A stretch of DNA of 61,115 bases from Oscillospiraceae bacterium (GTDB lineage Bacteria; Bacillota; Clostridia; Oscillospirales; Oscillospiraceae): the NCBI GenBank assembly GCA_045532145.1, contig JAZSFJ010000102.1:1-61115 (forward strand). The letters are read 5' to 3'. A model generated the notes under the pieces. It ran no database searches and was not told where the DNA came from. It worked only from the letters and a program-made list of their open reading frames with translations. Position 1 is the first letter of the stretch. Every line of letters begins with the position of its first letter. Below are positions 34,504 to 43,989 of the stretch, piece by piece. The translations under genes and the position numbers were made by a program.

Positions 34504-36237
34504 TTACTCCTTTCCCTGAAATGCGTCAAAGGCGCAAAGCTGAGCGCACACGCCGCAGCCAACGCACTGGGTGGGGTCGATAGAGGCCTTGCCATCACGG
34601 AAGGATATGGCGGGGCAGCCTATCTTCATGCACATCTTGCAGCCCTTGCACTTGTCGGGAGCTATGCTCAGGGCGGGGGAGTGCTTAACATATTTCAGCA
34701 GAGCGCAGGGGCTGCGGCTTATGATAACGGAGGGTTCATTGGCTGCAAGCTCCTCCTTTATGGCCTTGTCGCAAGCGGCCAGGTCATAGGGATCCACAAC
34801 GCGGACACGGTTAATGCCCAGAGCATGACAAAGAGCCTCAAGGTCTATTTTTGTGGCGGGGTCGCCCTTGAGATTATAGCCGGTGGTGGGGTTTTGCTGA
34901 TGACCGGTCATGCCGGTAATGGAGTTATCCAGAATGATGACGGTGGAGGCGGAGCCGTTATATGCTATGTTGGCAAGACCGGTCATGCCGGAGTGCATGA
35001 AGGTGCTGTCGCCGATGACTGCAACGGTCTTTTTCTCGCCCTCCTCGCCCAGAGCCTTGTTGAAGCCGTGAATGGAGGAAACGGAGGCACCCATGCAGAG
35101 GGTCATTTCCATGGCGTTCAGGGGTGCAACGGCTCCCAGAGTGTAGCAGCCAATGTCACCAAGAACGGTGCACTTATTGCGGACGAGGCTGTAGAAAAGT
35201 CCGCGATGGGGGCAGCCTGCGCACATAATGGGAGGACGGGCAGGAATGGCCTCGTCCAGGGCGGGCCCGGCAGCAATTTCCTTGCCCATGGCTTTTGCAA
35301 CGAGATTCTGGGAAAACTCGCCCTCAATGGGGAAAATGTCCTTGCCCTTGACCTTGAGTCCCAGACGGAGGCAGTGTTCCTCGATAACGGGGTCCAGCTC
35401 CTCGCAGACTATGAGCTCGTCCACTTTGGAGGCAAAGTCCATAATAAGCTTGGTGGGCAGGGGATTGACCATGCCGATTTTAAGAAGAGAGACGCTGTCG
35501 CCAAAAACTTCCTTCACATACTGATAAGCGGTGGAGGAGCAGATAATGCCAAGCTTTGCGCCGCCCATTTCCACGCGGTTTATGCCGCTTGTTTCCGACC
35601 ACTGTGCCATATCCAGCATACGCTTTTCCACAATGGGATGGCGGCGCTTGGCGTTGCCGGGCATCATAACATATTTGGCTATGTTCTTTTCATAGGGAAC
35701 AGCCTCGGGTACAACTCTTTCTCCAACTTCCACAGGAGACTGGGAGTGGGAAATGCGGGTGCACATACGCAGCAGCACCGGGGTATCGAACTGCTCGCTG
35801 AGCTCAAAGGCCAGACGGGTGTATTCAAGTGCCTCGGCAGAGTCGGCGGGGTCCAGCATGGGAAGCTTGGAGGAAATGGCATGGCGGCGGGAATCCTGCT
35901 CGTTCTGGCTGGAGTGCATACCGGGGTCATCGGCAACGCCGATGACAAGGCCGGCGTTTATACCGGTGTAGCTCATAGTGAAAAGGGGGTCGCAGGCCAC
36001 GTTGAGTCCAACGTGCTTCATGCCGCAAAAGGCTCTCTTTCCGGCCAAAGCGGCACCAAAGGCAACTTCCATGGCAACCTTTTCGTTGGGGGCCCACTCG
36101 CAGTATATCTCGGGATACTTGGCGGCTTCCTCGCTTATCTCCGTGCTGGGAGTGCCGGGGTAGCTGGAAAGTATTCCGCAGCCGGCCTCATAAAGTCCAC
36201 GGGCAACGGCAGCGTTGCCCAGCATAAGTTCTTTCAT
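34504..36237 (-). CDS. iorA: Indolepyruvate ferredoxin oxidoreductase subunit alpha
   Basis: Start at ATG 36237 (MKELMLGNAAVARG) with AAGGAGGG upstream. TPP motif GDSTFMHSG. Two 4Fe-4S motifs: CKGCKMCMKIGCP and CVGCGVCAQLC. Confidence 0.9.
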   Translation of the reverse strand: MKELMLGNAAVARGLYEAGCGILSSYPGTPSTEISEEAAKYPEIYCEWAPNEKVAMEVAFGAALAGKRAFCGMKHVGLNVACDPLFTMSYTGINAGLVIGVADDPGMHSSQNEQDSRRHAISSKLPMLDPADSAEALEYTRLAFELSEQFDTPVLLRMCTRISHSQSPVEVGERVVPEAVPYEKNIAKYVMMPGNAKRRHPIVEKRMLDMAQWSETSGINRVEMGGAKLGIICSSTAYQYVKEVFGDSVSLLKIGMVNPLPTKLIMDFASKVDELIVCEELDPVIEEHCLRLGLKVKGKDIFPIEGEFSQNLVAKAMGKEIAAGPALDEAIPARPPIMCAGCPHRGLFYSLVRNKCTVLGDIGCYTLGAVAPLNAMEMTLCMGASVSSIHGFNKALGEEGEKKTVAVIGDSTFMHSGMTGLANIAYNGSASTVIILDNSITGMTGHQQNPTTGYNLKGDPATKIDLEALCHALGINRVRVVDPYDLAACDKAIKEELAANEPSVIISRSPCALLKYVKHSPALSIAPDKCKGCKMCMKIGCPAISFRDGKASIDPTQCVGCGVCAQLCAFDAFQGKE

Positions 36238-36277
36238 AGTCTCTTTACCCTCCTTGGGTGAAAAATTATGATAAATA

Positions 36278-36306
36278 ATAATACACCGATAATTTATCAA
36301 TGTAAA
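36278..36306 (-). promoter_or_regulatory. SigA-type promoter candidate for iorAB (TTTACA-17-TATTAT)
   Basis: Hexamers on the minus strand at 36306..36301 and 36283..36278. Confidence 0.4.
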
Positions 36307-36332
36307 GTGAAAGATTGAAAAATTAAAATAAA

Positions 36333-36361
36333 AGAGGCTTTATTTGTCGAATAAAGCCTCT
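36333..36361 (-). terminator. Rho-independent terminator after the ABC exporter pair
   Basis: Perfect 12-bp stem AGAGGCTTTATT-cgaca-AATAAAGCCTCT followed by a T-rich run on the minus strand. Confidence 0.8.
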
Positions 36362-36371
36362 TTCTTGTTTA

Positions 36372-38294
36372 TCATTCAAGCACGTGCTGGCCGGTATAGA
36401 GCATATAATATCTGCCCTTTTCCTCCAGAAGTTCCTCGTGGCCGCCCTTTTCCTGAATCTGGCCGCCCTCAATAACAACTATGCAGTTGGAGTTGCGGAC
36501 GGTGGAAAGGCGGTGGGCAATTACAAATACGGTGCGTCCTTCCATGAGCATATCCATACCCTGCTGGATGTGCTGCTCCGTGCGGGTGTCGATGGAGCTG
36601 GTTGCCTCGTCGAGAACCATGACGGGAGGATCCTTGACAGCGGCACGGGCTATGGCCAGAAGCTGGCGCTGGCCCTGGCTGAGGTTTGCGCCGTCACCGG
36701 TGACCATGGTGTTGTAGCCGTCAGGCAGGCGGCGGATGAAGGAGTGGGCGTTTGCGGCTTTTGCGGCGGCTATGCACTCTTCGTCCGTAGCGTCAAGATT
36801 GCCGTAGCGGATATTGTCCATAACAGTGCCGGTGAAAAGGTGGGTGTCCTGCAGCACCGCGCCAAGGCTGCGGCGGAGGGAATCCTTCTTTATGCGGCGA
36901 ACATCGATGCCGTCATAGGTGATGGTGCCGGAATCAATTTCGTAGAAGCGGTTTATAAGGTTGGTGATGGTGGTCTTGCCTGCGCCGGTGGAGCCAACAA
37001 AGGCTATCTTCTGGCCGGGCTTGGCGTAAACATTCACCTTTTTGAGGACCTTTTTACCTTCAACATAGCTGAAGTCCACGTCCTTGAGCACCACATCGCC
37101 CTTAAGGGGGACAAGCTCAAAGCTGCCATCGGCCTTGGGGCACTTCCATGCCCAGCTGCGGGCGTGTCCTTCGGTCTGCTCCTGCATTTCGCCGTTTTCG
37201 TTTACGGTGACGGGAATGAGCTCAACATCGCCCTCGTCCACCTCGGGAGGAGTGTCCATTACCTCAAATATACGCTCGGCACCGGCAAGGGCGGAGAGTA
37301 TGGCGGTGAGCTGCTGGCTCACCTGATTGACGGGACCGCCTATCTGGCGGGAGAAGGTGAGATAAGTGGCGTAGCCGCCGATATCAAAGCCCATGACGAG
37401 AGCCAGGAAGCCGCCCACTATGGCGGTGACTGCGTAGCCCACATTCATGAGGTTGCCGCTCAGGGGCATGATTGCTCCGGCGAAGAAGTTGGCGTCGGTG
37501 GCGGCGTCGCGATACTCGTTGTTCAGACGGGCAAATTCTTCTTTGGCGATGTCCTCATGGGTGAAAGCCTTTACTACTTTCAGACCTTCTATTATCTCCT
37601 GAATCTCGCCGTTAACTTTGCCGAGAGCTGCCTGCTGACGGCGGTAATAATTCCGGGAGCGTCCGCCCATAACCTTGAAGACCATGAGGGAGAGGAAGAG
37701 GATAACTATGGTGACAAGGAAGAGGATGGGGCTTGTGTATATCATCATAACAACAAGACCCACGAAGCTGAGAACGCTGGATACCATGTTAACTATGGTC
37801 TGTTCCATGGCAAAGGCAACGTTGTCAGCATCATTTGTAAAGCGGCTCATGAGCTCGCCATGGGGGTGTCTGTCGAAATAGCTTATGGGCATGCTCTCAA
37901 GAGCGTCGAAAAGGTCACGGCGGAGCTTGTTGGCGGCTTTCTGAGCCAAAACGGCCATGGTGGCGGACTGAATATAGGTGCAGATAACGCCTACGATGAA
38001 AATGCCGAAAAGCACAAGAATGCTGACTCCGAGAGAGCTGAGCTTTTCGCTTACGCTTCCGCTGCCGGCCAGGTTATTGATGATGGGACGCATGATATAT
38101 GTGCCTGCAAGGGAGCTGAGAGTGCTGATTATCAGGCAGAGGAAAACCACTACGAGAGGCCACTTTTTCCGCGTGAGATAGGCCATGAGCCGCAGAAGGG
38201 TCTTTTTAACGTTCTTGGGCTTTTGGAACATACCCTTTTCAAGGAGCTTTTTCTCCTCCTCGGCATGCTTTTTGTTCTTTTTGACTTCGGCCAT
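36372..38294 (-). CDS. ABC exporter fused permease/ATPase, heterodimer subunit with consensus Walker B and H-loop but a variant signature
   Basis: 640 aa. Walker A GSTGAGKTT, Walker B VMVLDEATS, H-loop IAHRLST, signature LSQGQRQ. TAATG overlap with the upstream partner. Confidence 0.88.
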   Translation of the reverse strand: MAEVKKNKKHAEEEKKLLEKGMFQKPKNVKKTLLRLMAYLTRKKWPLVVVFLCLIISTLSSLAGTYIMRPIINNLAGSGSVSEKLSSLGVSILVLFGIFIVGVICTYIQSATMAVLAQKAANKLRRDLFDALESMPISYFDRHPHGELMSRFTNDADNVAFAMEQTIVNMVSSVLSFVGLVVMMIYTSPILFLVTIVILFLSLMVFKVMGGRSRNYYRRQQAALGKVNGEIQEIIEGLKVVKAFTHEDIAKEEFARLNNEYRDAATDANFFAGAIMPLSGNLMNVGYAVTAIVGGFLALVMGFDIGGYATYLTFSRQIGGPVNQVSQQLTAILSALAGAERIFEVMDTPPEVDEGDVELIPVTVNENGEMQEQTEGHARSWAWKCPKADGSFELVPLKGDVVLKDVDFSYVEGKKVLKKVNVYAKPGQKIAFVGSTGAGKTTITNLINRFYEIDSGTITYDGIDVRRIKKDSLRRSLGAVLQDTHLFTGTVMDNIRYGNLDATDEECIAAAKAANAHSFIRRLPDGYNTMVTGDGANLSQGQRQLLAIARAAVKDPPVMVLDEATSSIDTRTEQHIQQGMDMLMEGRTVFVIAHRLSTVRNSNCIVVIEGGQIQEKGGHEELLEEKGRYYMLYTGQHVLE

Positions 38295-40036
38295 TATTCC
38301 CCAACTCCTTCCTGCTGAGAATAATAGATCTCCTGATACACGGCATTATTTGCCATGAGCTCATCGTGGGTGCCCAAACCCACGATGTGGTCGTCGTCAA
38401 GGACCACAATCTTATCCGCATAGCGGACGGAGGAGATACGCTGGGCTATGATGATAACGGTGGTATCCTTCAGATTTTCGCTGAAGGACTGTCTTATGGC
38501 GGCCTCGGTGGCGCTGTCCACGGCAGAGGTGGAGTCGTCCAAAATGAGTATGCCGGGCTTGCGAAGCATGGCTCGGGCAATGCAAAGACGCTGCTTCTGG
38601 CCGCCGGATACGTTGACGCCGCCCTGCTCGATATAGGTGTCGAAGCCGTCGGGGAAGCTCATAATAAAGTCATATGCCTGAGCGTTTTTGGCGGCGGTGA
38701 TGATGTCCTCCTCGCTGGCATTGGGGTCGCCCCAGAGAAGGTTTTCACGGATGGTGCCGGAGAAGAGAACATTGTTCTGCAATACCATGCCTATGCGCTC
38801 TCGCAGCTTGGCAATGGGATAATCCCGAACATCCATGCCGTCTACCAGTACCTGTCCGCCGGTGACGTCATAAAAACGGGGGATAAGGTTAACAAGGGAG
38901 CTCTTGCCGGTGCCGGTGCCGCCTACAATGGCCACAAACTCGCCGGGCTGGATTTCGAGGTCAATATGGCTGAGCACATCGTCGCCGGTGCCGGTGGCTA
39001 TGTACTTAAAGCTCACATCCTTAAACTCAACGCTGCCCACGGCTTCGGGCAGAGTGCGGGAATGGGCATCCTCGCTGTCGCGGATGTCGGGCACTGTATC
39101 CAGCACTTCGTTTATACGCTCGGCGCAGGCTCTGGCTCTTGTGAGCTGCAGGAGAGTGAAGGCCATCATCATAACGCTTATGAGGATGTTGAAAATATAG
39201 GTGATGAAGGCGTAAAGGTCGCCGTAAATCATGCCGCCGTCTATGACCATTTTACCGCCCACCCAGAGGGAGAGGACTATGGCCAGATTGAAGGCTATCA
39301 TCATGATGGGGTTCATAAAGACAACCTTGGTTACGGCAGATATAAAGGAACGGGTGAGCTCGTCGTTGGCCTTCTGGAACTTGGTCTTTTCGTAGCCCTC
39401 GCGGACAAAGGCCTTTACCACACGGATGGCAATGAGATTTTCCTGAATGGAGTCGTTGAGACCGTCTATCTTCTTCTGGCAGATGCCAAAGAGCTTGTGG
39501 CAGGTGTGCATGAGGAGGCCAACGGCCAGCGCCATGCAGGGTACTATACCAACCAGGATAAGGGTGAGCTTGGCGTTGAGACGGAAGCAGATAATAAGGG
39601 CTGCTGCCAGCATAACGGGGGCACGCACCACCATTCTCAGACCCATGTTAACCAGCATCTGAATATTATTTACGTCGTTGGTCATACGGGTAATAAGGGA
39701 GGCGGAGGAAAAGCGGTCTATGTCCGCAAAGGAAAAGTCCTGCACCTTGTCGAACATGGCTTTGCGGAGATTGGCTCCGAAGCCCTGGCTGCCTGAGCTG
39801 GCGAAGCGAGCGCTTCCAACGCCGGCGGCCATTGCTATGAGGCAGATGACCACCATCTGGGCACCTATGCGGAGGATGTAGGATATTCCACCATCGCCTT
39901 CTATGCCTGTATTGATAATGTCTGCCATGAGAGTGGGCAGCATGAGCTCTCCCAAAACTTCCACAATAACCAGCAGCGGGGCCAGCAGAGCGGCCTTCTC
40001 ATAGCCACGGATATGTTTCATGAGTTTTCGTAACAT
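38294..40036 (-). CDS. ABC exporter fused permease/ATPase, heterodimer subunit with a degenerate catalytic site
   Basis: 580 aa. Walker A GGTGTGKSS, signature VSGGQKQ, Walker B ILILDDSTS (Asp replaces the catalytic Glu), H-loop position IAQRISS (Gln replaces His). Confidence 0.88.
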   Translation of the reverse strand: MLRKLMKHIRGYEKAALLAPLLVIVEVLGELMLPTLMADIINTGIEGDGGISYILRIGAQMVVICLIAMAAGVGSARFASSGSQGFGANLRKAMFDKVQDFSFADIDRFSSASLITRMTNDVNNIQMLVNMGLRMVVRAPVMLAAALIICFRLNAKLTLILVGIVPCMALAVGLLMHTCHKLFGICQKKIDGLNDSIQENLIAIRVVKAFVREGYEKTKFQKANDELTRSFISAVTKVVFMNPIMMIAFNLAIVLSLWVGGKMVIDGGMIYGDLYAFITYIFNILISVMMMAFTLLQLTRARACAERINEVLDTVPDIRDSEDAHSRTLPEAVGSVEFKDVSFKYIATGTGDDVLSHIDLEIQPGEFVAIVGGTGTGKSSLVNLIPRFYDVTGGQVLVDGMDVRDYPIAKLRERIGMVLQNNVLFSGTIRENLLWGDPNASEEDIITAAKNAQAYDFIMSFPDGFDTYIEQGGVNVSGGQKQRLCIARAMLRKPGILILDDSTSAVDSATEAAIRQSFSENLKDTTVIIIAQRISSVRYADKIVVLDDDHIVGLGTHDELMANNAVYQEIYYSQQEGVGE

Positions 40037-40113
40037 TGAAGCTTATCTCCTGTCAAATAGATATCGAATGTACCTATTTTACTTATTCAAATAATTATGT
40101 CAAGAAAATGGTG

Positions 40114-40142
40114 GAATAATTTCAAGAAAATTCACATTATCT
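40114..40142 (+). promoter_or_regulatory. Weak SigE-like promoter candidate upstream of spoIIIAA (GAATAAT-N14-CATTATCT)
   Basis: The -35 and the spacing fit the recalled SigE consensus. The -10 matches only 5 of 8 positions. Confidence 0.25.
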
Positions 40143-40164
40143 TCCTGTGAAAGGCGGTGAGGAC

Positions 40165-41022
40165 ATGCTTCGTGTTCAGGAAAGGCTGCATCAGCTGCTG
40201 CCTCGTGATATGCTTGTATCTGCGCTGGGGAGAGGACTGGAGCGGGCTGAGGAAATAAGGCTAAGAATGGGTTACCCTGCCTCTTTGCTTGTTGAGGGCA
40301 GGGAAGAGAGCCTGGGCGGCAAAGAGGTGGATGAGCAGGATATAGCCTTTGTGCTTGACAGGGCCAGCCGCTCTTCTCTCCACTCCGTACAGTCACAACT
40401 GGGACAGGGTTTCATCCAGGCCGGTTTCGGCATAAGGCTTGGTGTATGCGGCTGCTTTGGTGAAACCGGCATAGGCTCTCTGCGGGATGTATCCTCTCTT
40501 GCTGTCCGTCTGCCTCATGAACTCAGAGGAATAGGAGCCGGGGCTATGGAGCGGCTGAAGCCCTTTGATTGCTCCGTGCTTATCATATCCCCGCCGGGGG
40601 GAGGAAAGACCAGCTTTCTCAGGGAACTCATTCGATGCGCATCCCTCTCCGGCCAGAGGGTAAGCCTCTGCGACGAGAGGGGAGAGGTGGCTGCCATGTG
40701 GCAGGGACGAAGCTCCTTTGACCTGGGGCCAATGACCGATGTTTTAAGTGGTACGGAAAAGAGAAAGGGGATAATGATGCTTCTCAGGGCCATGAATCCA
40801 CGGATAATAGCTCTCGATGAAATAAGCGCTGAGGCCGATGGCCCTGCCCTTGAACAGGCCATATGCTGCGGAGCGCATATTTTTGCCACGGCCCACGGAG
40901 CGGGTGTGGAGGAGATAAAAAGGCGGCGGCACTATAGAAGACTTATCGATGATGGCCTTTTCCAAAAGGCGGTTATTATTTCGGGAAGGGATAAAAGACA
41001 TTATCAGGTGGTGGATATATGA
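40165..41022 (+). CDS. spoIIIAA: Stage III sporulation protein AA (secretion-type ATPase)
   Basis: Walker A ISPPGGGKTSFLRE, Walker B-like IIALDEIS. Start at ATG 40165 (GGTGAGG RBS). Followed by spoIIIAB with an ATGA overlap. Confidence 0.85.
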   Translation: MLRVQERLHQLLPRDMLVSALGRGLERAEEIRLRMGYPASLLVEGREESLGGKEVDEQDIAFVLDRASRSSLHSVQSQLGQGFIQAGFGIRLGVCGCFGETGIGSLRDVSSLAVRLPHELRGIGAGAMERLKPFDCSVLIISPPGGGKTSFLRELIRCASLSGQRVSLCDERGEVAAMWQGRSSFDLGPMTDVLSGTEKRKGIMMLLRAMNPRIIALDEISAEADGPALEQAICCGAHIFATAHGAGVEEIKRRRHYRRLIDDGLFQKAVIISGRDKRHYQVVDI

Positions 41023-41510
41023 TGGTGAAGATAATAGGGGCTGCTCTCCTTGTGGCCTGCGGAGGGGCTCTTGGACTTGGGCGGCTTCATGCGGCGGGAG
41101 GGAGGATAGCTCTTTTGAATATGCTGGACAGGGCTCTTTCCATGATAGAAGCGGAAATTAGCCTATGCTCCCGTCCTCTGCCAGATGTTTTTGAGCAGTT
41201 GAGGAGAGAGACAGATTGTGAATTATTTGCCGCCCTTTCCGAAAGCTGCGCCTATTTGAGCGCCGGGGATGCCTGGCGGCTTTGGGCCGAAGGACTTGAG
41301 CTGCCCCCGGAGGGGAAAGTGGTTATTGGCTCACTTGGAGAGGTGCTGGGCCGCTACGACGCCTCCCGTCAGTCCGGAGAGATAAGGGCAGTCAGAGAGA
41401 GGCTTAAAGGGATGCAGGAAAATCTGCAAAGGGAAAAGGAAACAAAGCAGCGCCATTACCCCGTTCTGGGAGCCTGTCTTGCGGGTATTGCGGCAATGCT
41501 GATGATATGA
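41019..41510 (+). CDS. spoIIIAB: Stage III sporulation protein AB
   Basis: 163 aa with N- and C-terminal TM segments. Position and size are typical of SpoIIIAB. Confidence 0.75.
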   Translation: MMVKIIGAALLVACGGALGLGRLHAAGGRIALLNMLDRALSMIEAEISLCSRPLPDVFEQLRRETDCELFAALSESCAYLSAGDAWRLWAEGLELPPEGKVVIGSLGEVLGRYDASRQSGEIRAVRERLKGMQENLQREKETKQRHYPVLGACLAGIAAMLMI

Positions 41511-41518
41511 TGAAAAAA

Positions 41519-41543
41519 CCACGGTATCACTTTGATACCGTGG
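41519..41543. terminator. Hairpin terminator between spoIIIAB and the convergent GT2::GtrA gene
   Basis: Perfect 10-bp stem CCACGGTATC-acttt-GATACCGTGG. It has a T6 run on the minus-strand side and an AT-rich tail on the plus-strand side. Confidence 0.7.
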
Positions 41544-41552
41544 TCGATTATT

Positions 41553-42665
41553 TTATTTATCCCGGAACACCCATTTTTTCTGGATGCGGTAGGATATGAA
41601 GAAAAGGCAGGTGTCCACAATTGCCTTCATCACAGTAAGCACCCAGGATGCGCTGGCGGTAAAGAGTATTCCCAGAAGCCAGACAAGGCCGGCGGAAACA
41701 CAAAGCTGCAAAACGCAGAGTATGTAATATCTGAGCATTGTGCCGCCATATTTTCCGGTGGAGCCAAATACAACGCTTTTGTTCAGGTTGAAATTAACAA
41801 AGCTGGAAATGGCTCTGGCCAGTGCGGTGCACACCACTATGGCCGCATTTCCAAGGAGGCCGCCAAGGAGCATATGCAGCAGCCAGAATGCCAGCAGATC
41901 AATTCCTGCAGAGGCGCAGGAGGAAATAACATACTTGATAAAACGGAAAAGCCGTTTGAAAACATGGGCCAGTATGAGCTTGTAGATACGTGCGGAGTCT
42001 CTGACAGGGCGGAAATGTGAGCCGGAATTGTTGTCCTCGTAGACAGTCTCTATCTCCACCTCGGTGTAGGCTATCTTTGCGGAATGAAACTCCAAAAGCA
42101 TATTGGTCTCGTACTCATAGCGCTCACCGCTTATCTCCAGAAGTCTTTCAAAGTGATTGCGGGTGGCAGCTCTCAGTCCCGTCTGGGTGTCGCAGAGAAC
42201 TATGCCGCAGAGAATGCGGAAAACGCCGGAGGTGATTTTGTTGCCGCTTCTGCTTTTGGGCGGTATATCGGGAAGGTTGAAGTTACGGCAGCCCAGCACC
42301 AGAGTGTCGGGGTGGGCATGGGAGGCTTCGGCACAAGCGAGGATGTCTTTGGCCAGATGCTGTCCGTCTCCGTCTGCGGTGACTGCGCCTTCAATGTCAG
42401 GGCGGTTTTCCAGAAGATAGGCAAAGGCGGTTTTCAGGCCCGCTCCCTTGCCTTTGTTGACTTCGTGGCGCAGCAGAGTTACCTGGGGCAGAGCAGAAAC
42501 CTTATGAAAGGGCTCCTGATACTCCGCACCGCTGCCGTCGTCAACAAGGATGATGCTGCCAAAACCTGCATCCACAAGACCCTCCACAACGCTGCAGAGC
42601 TTGTCAGTGGGGTTCAGGGAGGGCAGTATCACTGCGTATTTTTCAATGTCAAAGCTTTTGATCAT
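41553..42665 (-). CDS. Glycosyltransferase family 2 fused to a GtrA-like membrane domain
   Basis: AVILPSLNP...IILVDDGSG and TADGDGQH GT2 motifs. The C-terminal approx. 130 aa has 4 TM segments of GtrA type (FIKYVISSCASAGIDLLAFWLL). Confidence 0.8.
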   Translation of the reverse strand: MIKSFDIEKYAVILPSLNPTDKLCSVVEGLVDAGFGSIILVDDGSGAEYQEPFHKVSALPQVTLLRHEVNKGKGAGLKTAFAYLLENRPDIEGAVTADGDGQHLAKDILACAEASHAHPDTLVLGCRNFNLPDIPPKSRSGNKITSGVFRILCGIVLCDTQTGLRAATRNHFERLLEISGERYEYETNMLLEFHSAKIAYTEVEIETVYEDNNSGSHFRPVRDSARIYKLILAHVFKRLFRFIKYVISSCASAGIDLLAFWLLHMLLGGLLGNAAIVVCTALARAISSFVNFNLNKSVVFGSTGKYGGTMLRYYILCVLQLCVSAGLVWLLGILFTASASWVLTVMKAIVDTCLFFISYRIQKKWVFRDK

Positions 42666-42684
42666 AATAATGCCTCATATGGTT

Positions 42685-43989
42685 TTACTGGAGTGCGGCG
42701 CTCATGGCAGCAACCCGGTAGCGGCCGTCGTGCTTTTCTACCAGTATAAGATTGCCGTCTTTAACTTCGAGCTCATCGGGACCCAGGGTGTAGCTTATGT
42801 CATAGGCGATGGAGCAGATATATCTTTCATCGCCCAGGGGGATAAGGTCAAAGTAGGAAATGCTGTTGTACTCAAGACCGCTTGTGGTGGCCCAGGCGAT
42901 ATTTTCAATGGTGTTTGCAATAAGGGTATAAAGCTCACTGCCGGGAAGGAGATAGTTGGAGAGAGCGGCGAAGTTGCCTTCGGCGTTGTGATCCTTGTTG
43001 GCGGAGAAGTTTACATATGCATAGATGAAGCCCTCAAGGAACTCAGAGAGATTGCCTTCAATTTCCTCGCTTGCTCCGGGAATATAGCAGTATCCAACAG
43101 GCAGCTCTATGGCCTCCACGAGCTCCTCGTCCTGAACTACCCGGATATCGGGCTCGCCGAAAAGACCCTGGCACTCATAGCGCAAAATAGAGCTTTCGCC
43201 CTCAAGACCCAGATCAAGGGGAGAGCAGTAATTTCCTGTTATCTCCTGACCGTTAACATAGACCTCTGCGCCCTCAAGGGCCAGGAAGGAAAACTCCTGA
43301 GTAGGCTCGGGAAGAAATTCCACATGGTTTGCGGAAACGCTGGCGGCCTCAAGCTCATTGCCATCGGCGTCGAAGGCCTTTATATCTGCAGGGCCCATCA
43401 TGCCTTTGATTTCGTATATCTCTGCTGCGGGAGGAATATCGAAATCGTGCTCAAGGCTGAGACTGATGCTGCCCACGTCGGTGATGTAGTCTGCGCTTAC
43501 GGCCACGCCGTTTATCTCGGCAGTGCAGCCGGTGGGTACGGAGAGACGGATGTCAGCTCCACCGGGCATGGTGAATTCCCAGTCGGATACAACCCAGCTT
43601 TTAAGGCCGAAGCCCACATTGTTGCTGCTGCGGAGGAGCAGTGTGCATATCTTGGAAGAGCCGAGGCGCACATCGTAGCTCTGCTCGGTTTTGCTGTCGC
43701 TTGCATTGGAGCGCCAGCTGATCTCGGCGTTCTCATCAATGCCGAAGTCGGAGAGCATGGCTCCGGGGAGGGTGAACTCGTTGAAGCCGGCGTCTATAAG
43801 TTCCTGAAGTCCATCCAGCCAGAAGTCGTGGTCACGGGAGGCCATAAATTCCTCCACGGTGTTGTCAGGACGGGAGGCTTCGTAGGACTTGAGGAAGGAG
43901 CGCAGAACCAGAAGGCCCGCTCCGATGATAAGAATAAGAATAAGGCAGTAAATAAGGAAGGCGCGGAGGAAGATATTTTTCTTTTTCAT
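42685..43989 (-). CDS. Uncharacterised single-pass membrane protein (434 aa, acidic extracytoplasmic region)
   Basis: N-terminal signal anchor IFLRAFLIYCLILILIIGAGLLVL. I recognise no family motif. Its start overlaps the upstream stop (TAATG). Confidence 0.6.
   Translation of the reverse strand: MKKKNIFLRAFLIYCLILILIIGAGLLVLRSFLKSYEASRPDNTVEEFMASRDHDFWLDGLQELIDAGFNEFTLPGAMLSDFGIDENAEISWRSNASDSKTEQSYDVRLGSSKICTLLLRSSNNVGFGLKSWVVSDWEFTMPGGADIRLSVPTGCTAEINGVAVSADYITDVGSISLSLEHDFDIPPAAEIYEIKGMMGPADIKAFDADGNELEAASVSANHVEFLPEPTQEFSFLALEGAEVYVNGQEITGNYCSPLDLGLEGESSILRYECQGLFGEPDIRVVQDEELVEAIELPVGYCYIPGASEEIEGNLSEFLEGFIYAYVNFSANKDHNAEGNFAALSNYLLPGSELYTLIANTIENIAWATTSGLEYNSISYFDLIPLGDERYICSIAYDISYTLGPDELEVKDGNLILVEKHDGRYRVAAMSAALQ

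Noticed and set aside
33817-36261. 814-aa + strand ORF
   Set aside because: It is codon-aligned antisense to iorB and iorA, which carry clear TPP and 4Fe-4S motifs. Its translation is low-complexity (G/A/V/H-rich), has no RBS and spans an intergenic gap. It is explained by avoidance of TTA/CTA/TCA in the sense genes.
36384-39796. Long + strand ORFs 36384-38318 (644 aa) and 38366-39796 (476 aa)
   Set aside because: They lie antisense to the two ABC exporter genes, which have complete Walker A, Walker B and signature motifs. The antisense products have no motifs.
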